Positions 19,040 to 28,500 of a DNA stretch of 48,816 bases are shown here, piece after piece. Origin of the DNA: Candidatus Omnitrophota bacterium (GTDB lineage Bacteria > Omnitrophota > Gorgyraeia > Duberdicusellales > 4484-171). The number at the start of each line of letters is the position of its first letter. Position 1 is the stretch's first letter. The translations under genes were made by a program, and so were the position numbers. Location: NCBI GenBank assembly GCA_028703535.1, contig JAQVMQ010000003.1:1-48816 (forward strand), written 5' to 3'. Below the pieces are notes generated by a model. That model worked only from the letters and a program-made list of their open reading frames with translations. It did not search any database and was not told the origin of the DNA.

Positions 19040-19999
19040 TTAAGCTAACGCTATCCCATATGGAAGTACCATCTCCTGCGCATAATCAATCAATATAGGG
19101 GTTTTCTTTAGATCCACAAATGGATTCCAAAGTTGGCAGTTGATGTTCAGCTTATCCTGTAATATTTTAGGCAATTGTGCGAGTTTCGAAGACCCGCCAC
19201 ACAGATATAGCATTTCTATATCGCCTAATACATTGGTTTTTCGGCAATAGGCTATTGACATTTCCACTTCATTAATTAATGAATTGAGATCTATGGAAAT
19301 AATGTTTTCTAAATCAGAGTCAGGATTCATCTTTAGTTTGCTGGCATCAGGTAAATGCAAACCTTTAAATTCTGCGATAGCTCGTGTGAAATTATCACCT
19401 CCGACATTAACATCACGGGAAAAGATAATCTGTCCGCGTTTTACAATTAAAACGGTAGAAATTATATGTCCGACCCGAAAAATGATATAAGATTTGTCTT
19501 TGCTGGGTATAGTTTTCTTATAAAAAAGATTATATAAAGCAGAGGAGTCGATAACGATTTTTTCAAGCTCTATGTCAGTTTCTTTAAGTAACGCGATTTG
19601 ACTGTTAATGAAATTTTTTGAGCATGAGACAATCACTACATTCATTTGTCCGTCAGGCCGTTTACCTAAAATATTTACGTCAATTATGGCATCTTCAAGA
19701 GGGAAAGGGACATATTTTTCAATATCATATTTAAGTGAATTGAGAAGCTTATCTTTATTCATATATGCAAAAACATCATATCTGACAATAACATCCTTGC
19801 CTGAAACTGAAATTTTTGCCGTTTTACTTTTTATACCGGAATTAACAATCAGTTCTTTTATTCGTGCAGGGATGTTCGGTTCATTCTCATTTAAAGGCAT
19901 ATACCCGCAAGCTATTATCTTTTTTGAATGAGAATTACTAACCTCAACAGCTTTTACAGAATAAGTCCCAATATCTAATCCAATGACTGCCTTACTCAT
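19040..19999 (-). CDS. pilM: Type IV pilus assembly protein PilM (actin-like ATPase fold)
   Basis: VIGLDIGTYSVKAVEV N-terminus, LCGGSSKL; 319 aa. Confidence 0.8.
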   Translation of the reverse strand: MSKAVIGLDIGTYSVKAVEVSNSHSKKIIACGYMPLNENEPNIPARIKELIVNSGIKSKTAKISVSGKDVIVRYDVFAYMNKDKLLNSLKYDIEKYVPFPLEDAIIDVNILGKRPDGQMNVVIVSCSKNFINSQIALLKETDIELEKIVIDSSALYNLFYKKTIPSKDKSYIIFRVGHIISTVLIVKRGQIIFSRDVNVGGDNFTRAIAEFKGLHLPDASKLKMNPDSDLENIISIDLNSLINEVEMSIAYCRKTNVLGDIEMLYLCGGSSKLAQLPKILQDKLNINCQLWNPFVDLKKTPILIDYAQEMVLPYGIALA

Positions 20000-20397
20000 T
20001 TATTTAATTCCTTTATTCTTAAATATTCACGATAATATTTTGAAGCGTCGAGATTGTTGCCTAAATACTTACCATTGATCAAGAATAAATTATATAACGC
20101 TTTTTCCTGTATATTTTTATCAGGGCCTATTAAAACAGAATTAAATTCTTTAAGGGCGATGCTGTATAGACCGTTCAGTGAATAAAGAACACCCATGTTA
20201 TAGTGTATTTTTTGACAGCTTTCTTCTGTCATGCAAGATCTGGAAAGCTTGTTATATTCAAACAAGGCCATAGAATAATCATTGTTTTTATAATATTCGT
20301 AAGCCGTTTTTTCGGACGATGACGAGTTAGCAATGTTTTCGGCTAAAATAGATAATGGGAATACTGCAAAAAGAAAAATATAAAATAATTTATTCAT
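19996..20397 (-). CDS. TPR-like secreted protein (possible secretin accessory/pilotin)
   Basis: Signal peptide and TPR-like helices (AYEYYKNNDYSMALFEY..., ALKEFNSVL). Its ends overlap both pilQ and pilM. Confidence 0.4.
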   Translation of the reverse strand: MNKLFYIFLFAVFPLSILAENIANSSSSEKTAYEYYKNNDYSMALFEYNKLSRSCMTEESCQKIHYNMGVLYSLNGLYSIALKEFNSVLIGPDKNIQEKALYNLFLINGKYLGNNLDASKYYREYLRIKELNK

Positions 20398-22177
20398 TAG
20401 GCTCTTCTATTTTTTTTAAATCCATATCGGTATAATTGATTTTTCCCTTTTCAATCATATTAAGTAAATCTTCCCATTTCTCAGATACACTGTTAGGCGT
20501 GTTATTTTTGTTTTCAGCAGAAGATGGTACTTGATTTGAAAGAGTGGGAGTATCCTGAGATATTCCTACAGTATTTTCCAAAGCATCTTTCTTATTTACT
20601 TCTTCATTTTTTTGAGTATAGTCTTTCACTTTATAACTCAAATCGCGTTCAAGCGGGAAATTAAGTAAATTATTTGATAGATTTTGAACTTTATCAGAAT
20701 ACACATCATCTTTTTTTAGTTTTTTGTTTTTTTTCTCGACATCTACTTGTTCATCAGTCGTGTGTAAAATAGTTGGTGTTACAAAGATTAAAACTTCACG
20801 CATTACATCTTCGTCAATTGTTTTATGAAAAAACCTGCCTATCAATGGTAAATGTCCCAAGATAGGGAAGTAGGATTCGGTTTTAGTGACATCTCTTCTG
20901 CGCATACCTCCTATGACTATCGTGCGTCCGTCACCAACGATCATTTTTGTCTTTGTTATGCGTGAATTGGTTATAGGCTGCTCGTCTGACGCTGTATAAC
21001 CGGCAACAAAGCTCTGTTCAGTTTCAAGCTCCAAGATTACTTTATGATTAGGGGTTATATGCGGATTGACTTTTATAGCTATCCCGACACTTTTAAATTG
21101 TGTAGAGGTTGTACCGTCAGAAGATCCGCTGGCATCGGTTTGTACGTAAGTATACGGCACATCTTCAGTAATGTTTATTTCAGCGCTTTCGTTATTAAGT
21201 GTAATAACTTTGGGGCTTGCTATAATATTTGCTTTTTCTTCTGTTTCCAGCATTTGAACGGCGGCTTCAAGCCAGGCATGACTGAAAATAGTATTACCGT
21301 ATGTCAACCCTATAGTTCCGGTAGAGGATAAACTTTGTGTTGCAATTGTGGTCAGATCGGACAGGCTCTCGGGAGCATCTGTAGCAAAAACATCCGAAGC
21401 TTTTTTATCGGCAAAAGACCATTCAATGCCGAAATTGAAGTCATCGGTTATTTTCTTGTCGACCATTAAAACTTCAATTAATACTTGTGTAGTTTGCTCA
21501 TCCAATTCTGTTACTATTTTGGTCATTTTTTCAATATTTTCGGGGACATCCATAATTATAAGACTGTTCGTTCTTACGTCACCTTCGATTGAACCACGAT
21601 CGGATTGTATGGATTTTAAATAAGTTTTTGCTTCTTCTGTCGATACGAAGTTAAGTTTTATTATTTTTATATCTAAAGGACTTTTTTCCATTTCCTGTTG
21701 TATTTTCTCGTACGTTACGATAAGTATATAGTTGTCTTTTTCTATTTTTGCCAAACCATATGTCTTTAATATAAGATCCAGCGCGCTTTCCCATGATAAT
21801 CCTTCAATATGCAGTGTCACGTTTGCAGTAACTCCGTCAGCGACTAAAATACTTCTGTCACCTAGATCAGCAAAAGTTCGGGCAACATCTTTTATATCTG
21901 CATCTCTAAAATCAATATAAACTTTTGAATCCAACGAATCAACTTCAATATTGGAGCCTTCGTCTGTATTCATGGTGTCTTTTATTGGTGAAACGTTTTC
22001 ATCGGGTATAACTTCTGTTGATTCAGATATTCCGATATCCATGTTTTGCGGCATATTTATTGATGGCTCATCAAAAAAATTATCCGTTTCAAAATTGGAA
22101 ATATTTTCTTGTGCGAATGATATATTGATAGTACATGAGAAAAATGTAATAAATATAAAAATAAAAAATTTATTCAT
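20390..22177 (-). CDS. pilQ: Type IV pilus secretin PilQ
   Basis: N0/STN-like YIDFRDADIKDVARTFADL, and a C-terminal secretin domain ending in FPILGHLPLIGRFF...VLIFVTPTIL. Confidence 0.85.
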   Translation of the reverse strand: MNKFFIFIFITFFSCTINISFAQENISNFETDNFFDEPSINMPQNMDIGISESTEVIPDENVSPIKDTMNTDEGSNIEVDSLDSKVYIDFRDADIKDVARTFADLGDRSILVADGVTANVTLHIEGLSWESALDLILKTYGLAKIEKDNYILIVTYEKIQQEMEKSPLDIKIIKLNFVSTEEAKTYLKSIQSDRGSIEGDVRTNSLIIMDVPENIEKMTKIVTELDEQTTQVLIEVLMVDKKITDDFNFGIEWSFADKKASDVFATDAPESLSDLTTIATQSLSSTGTIGLTYGNTIFSHAWLEAAVQMLETEEKANIIASPKVITLNNESAEINITEDVPYTYVQTDASGSSDGTTSTQFKSVGIAIKVNPHITPNHKVILELETEQSFVAGYTASDEQPITNSRITKTKMIVGDGRTIVIGGMRRRDVTKTESYFPILGHLPLIGRFFHKTIDEDVMREVLIFVTPTILHTTDEQVDVEKKNKKLKKDDVYSDKVQNLSNNLLNFPLERDLSYKVKDYTQKNEEVNKKDALENTVGISQDTPTLSNQVPSSAENKNNTPNSVSEKWEDLLNMIEKGKINYTDMDLKKIEEPNE

Positions 22178-22180
22178 AGA

Positions 22181-22558
22181 TTATTCAGCCTTTCTATAAG
22201 GAACTGTAACCACCAACTCCTTATATTTTACTATTATGCCATCTTTTGTTATCTTTTGTATCAATAATTTTTTATCCCAAACTTCGTTTTCACCCAATAT
22301 TTTCGTATTTAATATAACAAACTTTTTATTACCATCAATAATAATCCCATTAATTACTAATTTAGTTACCAAATCTTCAAGTATCGCTTTATCTGTTGTA
22401 ATAAGGTCAAAATCCTCAAAACCTTCCGGAGCAACGAAGGGATCTCTCAGAGATAGTTGGTTAAAGGGGAGATCATTGCCTTGTGCATAAAGCGACGTAG
22501 ATATTCCTGTAATAAACAATAGTAACAAGATTATGTATTTATAATTATTATTTCGCAT
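22181..22558 (-). CDS. PilP-like pilus assembly protein
   Basis: Signal peptide, an LRDPF motif typical of PilP, a small beta-rich C-terminus, and a position immediately upstream of pilQ. Confidence 0.5.
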   Translation of the reverse strand: MRNNNYKYIILLLLFITGISTSLYAQGNDLPFNQLSLRDPFVAPEGFEDFDLITTDKAILEDLVTKLVINGIIIDGNKKFVILNTKILGENEVWDKKLLIQKITKDGIIVKYKELVVTVPYRKAE

Positions 22559-23150
22559 TTTGATATATAATCACAGTTATTTTTTCTTTATAATTATTAG
22601 ATTTTTCTTTCTTTTGAGTATCAATATCAATTTTTGAAACTTCAAACATCTTCGTATTATGCTCAATTGTCCATAAAAAACTTAAAAAATCTGAGAAAGT
22701 TGACAATAATTCTATTTCAACAGGTATTTCATTTAATTTAATTATTATTCCATCACGTTCAATGATTTTTTCTTTTTTATCAAGAGGCTTTATATATGTA
22801 AAGTCTATATTAGATTGTTTAGCAAGGTTAGTTAGCATATCCAAAACACCGTCAACACCAACAGAGTTGGCAATAAGATTTTCTTTGATCTTTAAAAGCT
22901 CGGATTGAATACGTTCAGTCTCGACTTCATGGTCTTTTTTTTCATTAGCAAGCTTATTAAAAGCATTGTCATCATATTGAGCAAAAGAGGTTATGCTTTT
23001 TTTTGTTGATTCTATTTCTTTGATTTTCGGAGAAAGCAGAAGAACCCAGGATATAGCGGCCATTATGAAAATAATGAAGAAAATAAAAGCTACTAACTGA
23101 GATCCGGAGAAGTCCATGCCCTTTTTTTCACTTAAAAGATCGACTGCCAT
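22548..23150 (-). CDS. PilO-like pilus assembly protein
   Basis: Single N-terminal transmembrane helix plus coiled coil; 200 aa; located between the PilN-like and PilP-like genes. Confidence 0.45.
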   Translation of the reverse strand: MAVDLLSEKKGMDFSGSQLVAFIFFIIFIMAAISWVLLLSPKIKEIESTKKSITSFAQYDDNAFNKLANEKKDHEVETERIQSELLKIKENLIANSVGVDGVLDMLTNLAKQSNIDFTYIKPLDKKEKIIERDGIIIKLNEIPVEIELLSTFSDFLSFLWTIEHNTKMFEVSKIDIDTQKKEKSNNYKEKITVIIYQNAK

Positions 23151-23723
23151 CTAATTCTCCATAATAAAGCGTATATTAAACTCGACTGCATCTTTCTTTC
23201 CATATGAAGTTACCCGTAAATTTTGCAGTTGATAATCCAAAATACTGTTATAAAAACGTTCATCGCTACGAAGGTCTTTAAAGAAATCGCTTATTACTGC
23301 TATCGGTCTTTGTGTTATCATAAACGGTGAGAGAAATCCATGTATCTTAATCTCTTTATTATTTAAGTTAACATCTTTAAACCACATAGCCACCGGGGTA
23401 TGTTTTGACAATGCATAGATTTTTTCTGCCCAATTTTTGCGTTTATTTACAAATTCATTATATATTCCGGTTTCAAGTGATAATTGGCTGTTATTTTTCT
23501 TTATTGTCGCAACTTCTGTCTCTATTGCAACATATTTTGCATAAGTTTGTTTAAGGTCATTTATCTTGTTTTTTTGTGAATTAGCGGTAAAGACAAGCGA
23601 GAAATAGCAAATAGCAATTAAAATCGCAGCAAAAACAACTGTAGAACTAATGAAATATACCGATTTTTTCTGTGAATCAGTAAGAGTATTTGACGATTCT
23701 ATAGGTCTAAGATTTATCTCCAA
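23151..23723 (-). CDS. PilN-like pilus assembly protein (start revised to TTG 23723)
   Basis: With the TTG start the N-terminus reads MEINLRP, matching the conserved PilN INLLP motif. AAGGGGG lies 6 nt upstream of the TTG. Single transmembrane helix and 190 aa. The ORF track starts at 23807. Confidence 0.55.
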   Translation of the reverse strand: MEINLRPIESSNTLTDSQKKSVYFISSTVVFAAILIAICYFSLVFTANSQKNKINDLKQTYAKYVAIETEVATIKKNNSQLSLETGIYNEFVNKRKNWAEKIYALSKHTPVAMWFKDVNLNNKEIKIHGFLSPFMITQRPIAVISDFFKDLRSDERFYNSILDYQLQNLRVTSYGKKDAVEFNIRFIMEN

Positions 23724-23828
23724 CTTGTACCCCCTTAAATACTTATATATATTATAACAAAATAAAATAAATGCACAACAAAATAGAAAACACTTTACCA
23801 TAATCATAAAATAGGTTATGATTTTTTT

Positions 23829-24827
23829 ATGGAAATCAGTAGATTAGACCTTAGGAAAAGTATAAAAAAGACATTGCCGATATTTGCATTTGTTATAGTT
23901 TGTGTTTTTCTATTCCTCCTGCTGATATATCAACATAAAATACTACAGGCAAAAATAGAAGACGCTTATATTGCGCAGGAGGCTAAAATATTTGAGATTA
24001 TACTTTTCAACAAAGCTAATATAATGTTCTATTTTTTTTCCATACTTTTAATCTTTTTTACATTTTTACTTTCATGGCAGGTCTATTCAAAAATGAGTAA
24101 AGATAAGTTGAATTTGGCAAACATGAAAACCGATTTTGCTATTATAGCGTCACACGAACTACGAACTCCTGTAACTTCCATATGCCTTATATCTGAACGG
24201 CTGCTTAAGGAGTCTTTGCCGGAGGTGAAGCGAACAGTATATCTTCATCAGATAAAGTATCTTGCTGAAAAGCTCAGTATGATAACTTCTAACATCTTAG
24301 ATATTGCAAAAATAGAAAAAGGCATATTACCTGTAGATGAAAAATCAATCGTGAATTTGAATAATCTTATTTCGACTGTTTCGGAACAATACAATATATT
24401 ACTCCAAACAAAACGCCAGAGAATAGAGCTGCAACTTGATAAAGAACTTCCGGTTATTTTTGCCGGTAAAAACGATATAATCAGAATTTTATCTAACCTT
24501 ATTGATAATGCGGTAAAAGCATCCAATTATGATGCGGCAATAAGAATACGAACAGAGCGGCTAGAATCAAAAGCTGTACTGGTTATACATAATGAGGGTA
24601 ATATTATTTCGGCGGTAGATCAGCCGAAGATTTTTATACCTTTCTACTATAATAACAAGAACGGCACAGGGTTGGGATTGCCGTTAGTTAAGATATTAAC
24701 ACAGCAAAATGATGGAGAAATAACTTTTACAAGCGATAAAGTTAGCGGTACGACTTTTAAACTGATCTTTCCTGAAACACAAGAGAACAATAATGAACAA
24801 ACAAAAAATACGAATATTGTTAGTTGA
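23829..24827 (+). CDS. Sensor histidine kinase (two TM helices, very short extracytoplasmic loop)
   Basis: HisKA H-box SHELRTPV, N-box LIDNAVKAS, G-box GTGLGLPLV. Confidence 0.85.
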   Translation: MEISRLDLRKSIKKTLPIFAFVIVCVFLFLLLIYQHKILQAKIEDAYIAQEAKIFEIILFNKANIMFYFFSILLIFFTFLLSWQVYSKMSKDKLNLANMKTDFAIIASHELRTPVTSICLISERLLKESLPEVKRTVYLHQIKYLAEKLSMITSNILDIAKIEKGILPVDEKSIVNLNNLISTVSEQYNILLQTKRQRIELQLDKELPVIFAGKNDIIRILSNLIDNAVKASNYDAAIRIRTERLESKAVLVIHNEGNIISAVDQPKIFIPFYYNNKNGTGLGLPLVKILTQQNDGEITFTSDKVSGTTFKLIFPETQENNNEQTKNTNIVS

Positions 24828-25467
24828 GGATGATCCGAATATATCCGGTATTATGGTTGATGAGTTATCCGAGAAATATGAGATATTCAATGTTTATACA
24901 GGAAATGACGGCATAGCCGCAGCCGCGGAAAACAAACCGGAGATGATACTTCTAGACATTATGCTTCCAGATATAACGGGATTTGAAGTATGTAAACAAA
25001 TACGCTTGATAGATTACAATTGCGGTATAATTTTTCTGACTGCCAAAACCGATGTAGTTGATAAAATACACGGGTTAGAAATAGGGGGGGATGATTATAT
25101 AGTAAAGCCTTTTGATTTTGATGAATTAAACGCACGAATACAGGCCGTATTGCGCAGAAAACAGAAGGCTCTTGAGTTACCGCAAATATATGAAAAAAAT
25201 GAACTTTTTTTTGATTTCAGGAAAAATACAGTTCGGAAAAAAAAGAAAAAAACAACCTTATCATTTCTGGAATCAGACATAATGAAATTTCTCATAGCTC
25301 ATGAGAATTCCCCGGTAAAACGCCAAGAGATACTGGAAAATGTATGGGGTTATTCTAATTTCCAGGATACACGGACAGTTGATATGCATATTTCATCGTT
25401 ACGTAAAAAGATAGGAAAGGAACATATTCTTACAGTCCACCAAAAAGGCTACATGTTTGTCCCGTAA
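24793..25467 (+). CDS. OmpR-family response regulator
   Basis: Receiver domain (LLVEDDPNI, LLDIMLPD, KPF) plus a winged-helix C-terminus (RTVDMHISSLRKK). It overlaps the kinase gene by 35 nt. Confidence 0.85.
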   Translation: MNKQKIRILLVEDDPNISGIMVDELSEKYEIFNVYTGNDGIAAAAENKPEMILLDIMLPDITGFEVCKQIRLIDYNCGIIFLTAKTDVVDKIHGLEIGGDDYIVKPFDFDELNARIQAVLRRKQKALELPQIYEKNELFFDFRKNTVRKKKKKTTLSFLESDIMKFLIAHENSPVKRQEILENVWGYSNFQDTRTVDMHISSLRKKIGKEHILTVHQKGYMFVP

Positions 25468-25482
25468 TATATACTCATAACC

Positions 25483-25510
25483 TTGAATTTGACCAAAATA
25501 CAGTTATAAT
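25483..25510 (+). promoter_or_regulatory. Promoter candidate immediately upstream of the GGDEF-STAND gene
   Basis: TTGAAT (25483-25488), 16-nt spacer, TATAAT (25505-25510). The ATG at 25517 is only 6 nt after the -10 element, and no SD is visible. Confidence 0.35.
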
Positions 25511-25516
25511 TATGTC

Positions 25517-28500
25517 ATGGATTTCAAAATAACCGAAGCTCAGAAAGGTTTGTATCTTGACCATTTAACGCAAGTGTACAATCGTGTATTTTTATTTGAA
25601 AAAATAAAACCACAGATCAACGAGAAACATCCGTTTACTTTATTCATGATAGATTTTGATAATTTTAAGAATATAAATGATTCTTTTGGACATTTAGCAG
25701 GTGATAAAACTTTAGTACTTGTGTCTCAAGGGATAAAAAACATTATTCCGAAAGATGCCGTACTTATACGTTATGCAGGGGATGAGTTTATCGTTGTTTT
25801 GGAAACTCCCGATATTGACAGGGTAAAATCTATAGCTGAAGATATACTTAATTCAATCCGTGTTCTTGATATCGATTTCAATAATACAAAGATCAATCAA
25901 ACACTTAGTATCGGTATATCTTTCTATCCCGGCGAATCAAACGATCTGAATCAGCTTATCGGTAATGCCGATGCGGCTTTGTATCTATCTAAAAAACGCG
26001 GAAAAAACAACTATGCTTTTTATAACGAGATAAGTATTGAGCAGATGAGTTTAAAGATCGGTTTGAATTATTTTCCTTGCAGCAAGATTATTAATCATGA
26101 GAATATAATCGAAGAACTAAAAGATATGTCCGAAACAAACGTGTTCGGGGGAATGCTGCTTACCGGATCTTCTGGGATAGGCAAAAGCCGTATAATTAAC
26201 GCTGTTAAAGAACATGTAAAGAAAGAGACTCTTTTCGATATCAATCCTTTGCAGAAAGATTGTCTTATGCCTTTTTCATCTCTTCGCAACGGCATATCTG
26301 CATATATAAAAAAACTACTGGCTCTTGAAGATGTTGATATATCATTACTTTCTGATTTATCCAATGAAAATAAAAAAATCCTTGATTTCTTTATTAATCC
26401 CGAAAATAATTTCAACTTACTCTTGAATAATTGCACAACGGATCTTATTAATTCAGCTTTATTATCCTTTTTTGATTGTATCGTAAATAAATACTCAAAA
26501 TTATCAATTATTATTGATAATTTCCAATTTATCGATTTAAAATCACTTAATTTTCTCAAGATGTTAATGGAGAGCTCATATTCACGAAATGTCAAATTTT
26601 ATGCAACAGTACTGTCGCCACTGCCTGAAAACATAAATAATCCTGAAGCATTAACAAAAACAATTACGGAGATATCGAATATACCTAAAATAATCTCTCA
26701 TGAAATACATCCTCTTACAAAAGAGAATACTCGTGAAATGATTGATTTTATTTTTCCGGGGTTAGGAGATAATCTTAATTTTTCTGCGGATATCTTCGAA
26801 ATATCTAATGGACAGCCTTTTTTTATTGAAGAACTTTTGAAACTTCTTTTGGTTAAAAATTTCATATTCCACGAAGATGGAGGGTGGAACATACGTGATA
26901 ACTACCAGGATAAAATACCAAAGACATTAACTGAAGTCATACGCCAAAGACTGATAACGCTTGATCCAGAGATAAAAGAAACTATTTTAATATCTTCTTT
27001 ACTGGGTGAGACCATAAGTCCTGAACTTATAAGCCGGATAAACTCTTCTAATGAAAATGACGTATTAGAGATCTTGTCAAAAGCGAATAAGCAGAAAATA
27101 TTGAGAGAAGACAATAATACCTTCAGCTTTTTTAATCCCGCAGCTAAGGATACTGCGCTTAACGAACTTTCGGCTGATAAGAAAGATGAGCTTTTTTCGC
27201 TTGCGTCCGATGCTCTTTTAGATAGTTATACTGATAATCTAGAGGAGATAAGTTTTCAGCTGGCAAACATATTTAAAAATAATAATGATCTCACTCGTTT
27301 GAACTCACTTTCACAGATAATATCAAAAAACGCATCCAATATACTTAACTCTGAAGAAATACTCGCTTACCTTGAAGATATATCTTTCAAGAGAAAAAAA
27401 GCTGCCCATACGATAAAGATAAAGGAACTTTCGTTAGAAGATAGAGATCTTATTTTGGGTTTCTTGAGACACTTCCAAGCAGCTGTAAATTATTCGGGGC
27501 TTTATCCTTCTAACAATAAACTGCGTATACAAATAGTGGAGGATATCTTTAAATTACTTGAACTGCTTTTAAGCAAATATTCATCTATTGAAATATCTGA
27601 AGTAGATAAAAATCTTGTGGTTAATCAAATACGCTTAACTGATTATTATACAAAAGGTCTTGATTTAAGTAGCATAACCACTAGCTTTATTGAACGCAAC
27701 ATAAAAACCGTTACATTTTATAACGGCATAAATCTTGAGGAACTCAGAAATTTTATTTCGGTTATATGTTTAAATCCTGATGAGATATCCAAAATTGGAG
27801 AATGGCAGGCAATAATATCAAAAAATAAATTAACTAATATTTCTATTAATCAGGCAGTATATATATCCGAAGAAAAAAGCAGATTTGCGCCGATAAAAAA
27901 TAAAATCGAAGGCGCGATAATCTCAGACTTTCTGCTTGGAAAACTTTCAGGAAAAGACAAATCAATCGTGCCGAATCTAGATAAAGACACTTTGGAGATA
28001 TTAAAAACAGTGGGTAATAAAAACACTCTGGAAATGCTTAAAAATATAAGCAATATTCCCGATTTATCTTCTTTAGCAGAAGCACCTGTAGAGCCAGATA
28101 AGAGCAATAAACAGGAAAAACCCAGTATAAATACTTTAATAAAAAAACTTGAAGATAAACATACGCATCTTATGTCTTTGGAAGAAGTAAATGATTATAT
28201 TGATAATATCAATGATATACAAACCTCTATCAGCTCACTTGATGATGCAGCTTTATTCCTTGATTTTTTAATAAAATCAAGGAATAAAATTGAAGAAGTG
28301 ATATCGCCTGAAAAGAAAGGAACAAAGAATAAGGATGTTCACAAACAAAATTCAATGGAAATAACATCCATTATAGATATTTTTGTTTCCGAAACACCTA
28401 AGAATAAGATAGAATTTTTAAAAAAATTATCACCTTCGGAAAAAACCACGGTAAAAATTGTTAATACTTTAAAAAACGAAGATATTGAAAATATAGTTAG

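Noticed and set aside
20390-22558. Antisense ORFs inside the pilQ/pilP-like genes (21044-21331, 21348-21623, 21732-21920, 21951-22199, 22236-22490) and similar shadow ORFs elsewhere (for example 11075-11365, 26095-26595, 34107-34556, 35136-35528)
   Set aside because: They lie opposite well-supported genes and have low-complexity translations with no motifs and no RBS. They are typical shadow ORFs of AT-rich coding sequence.
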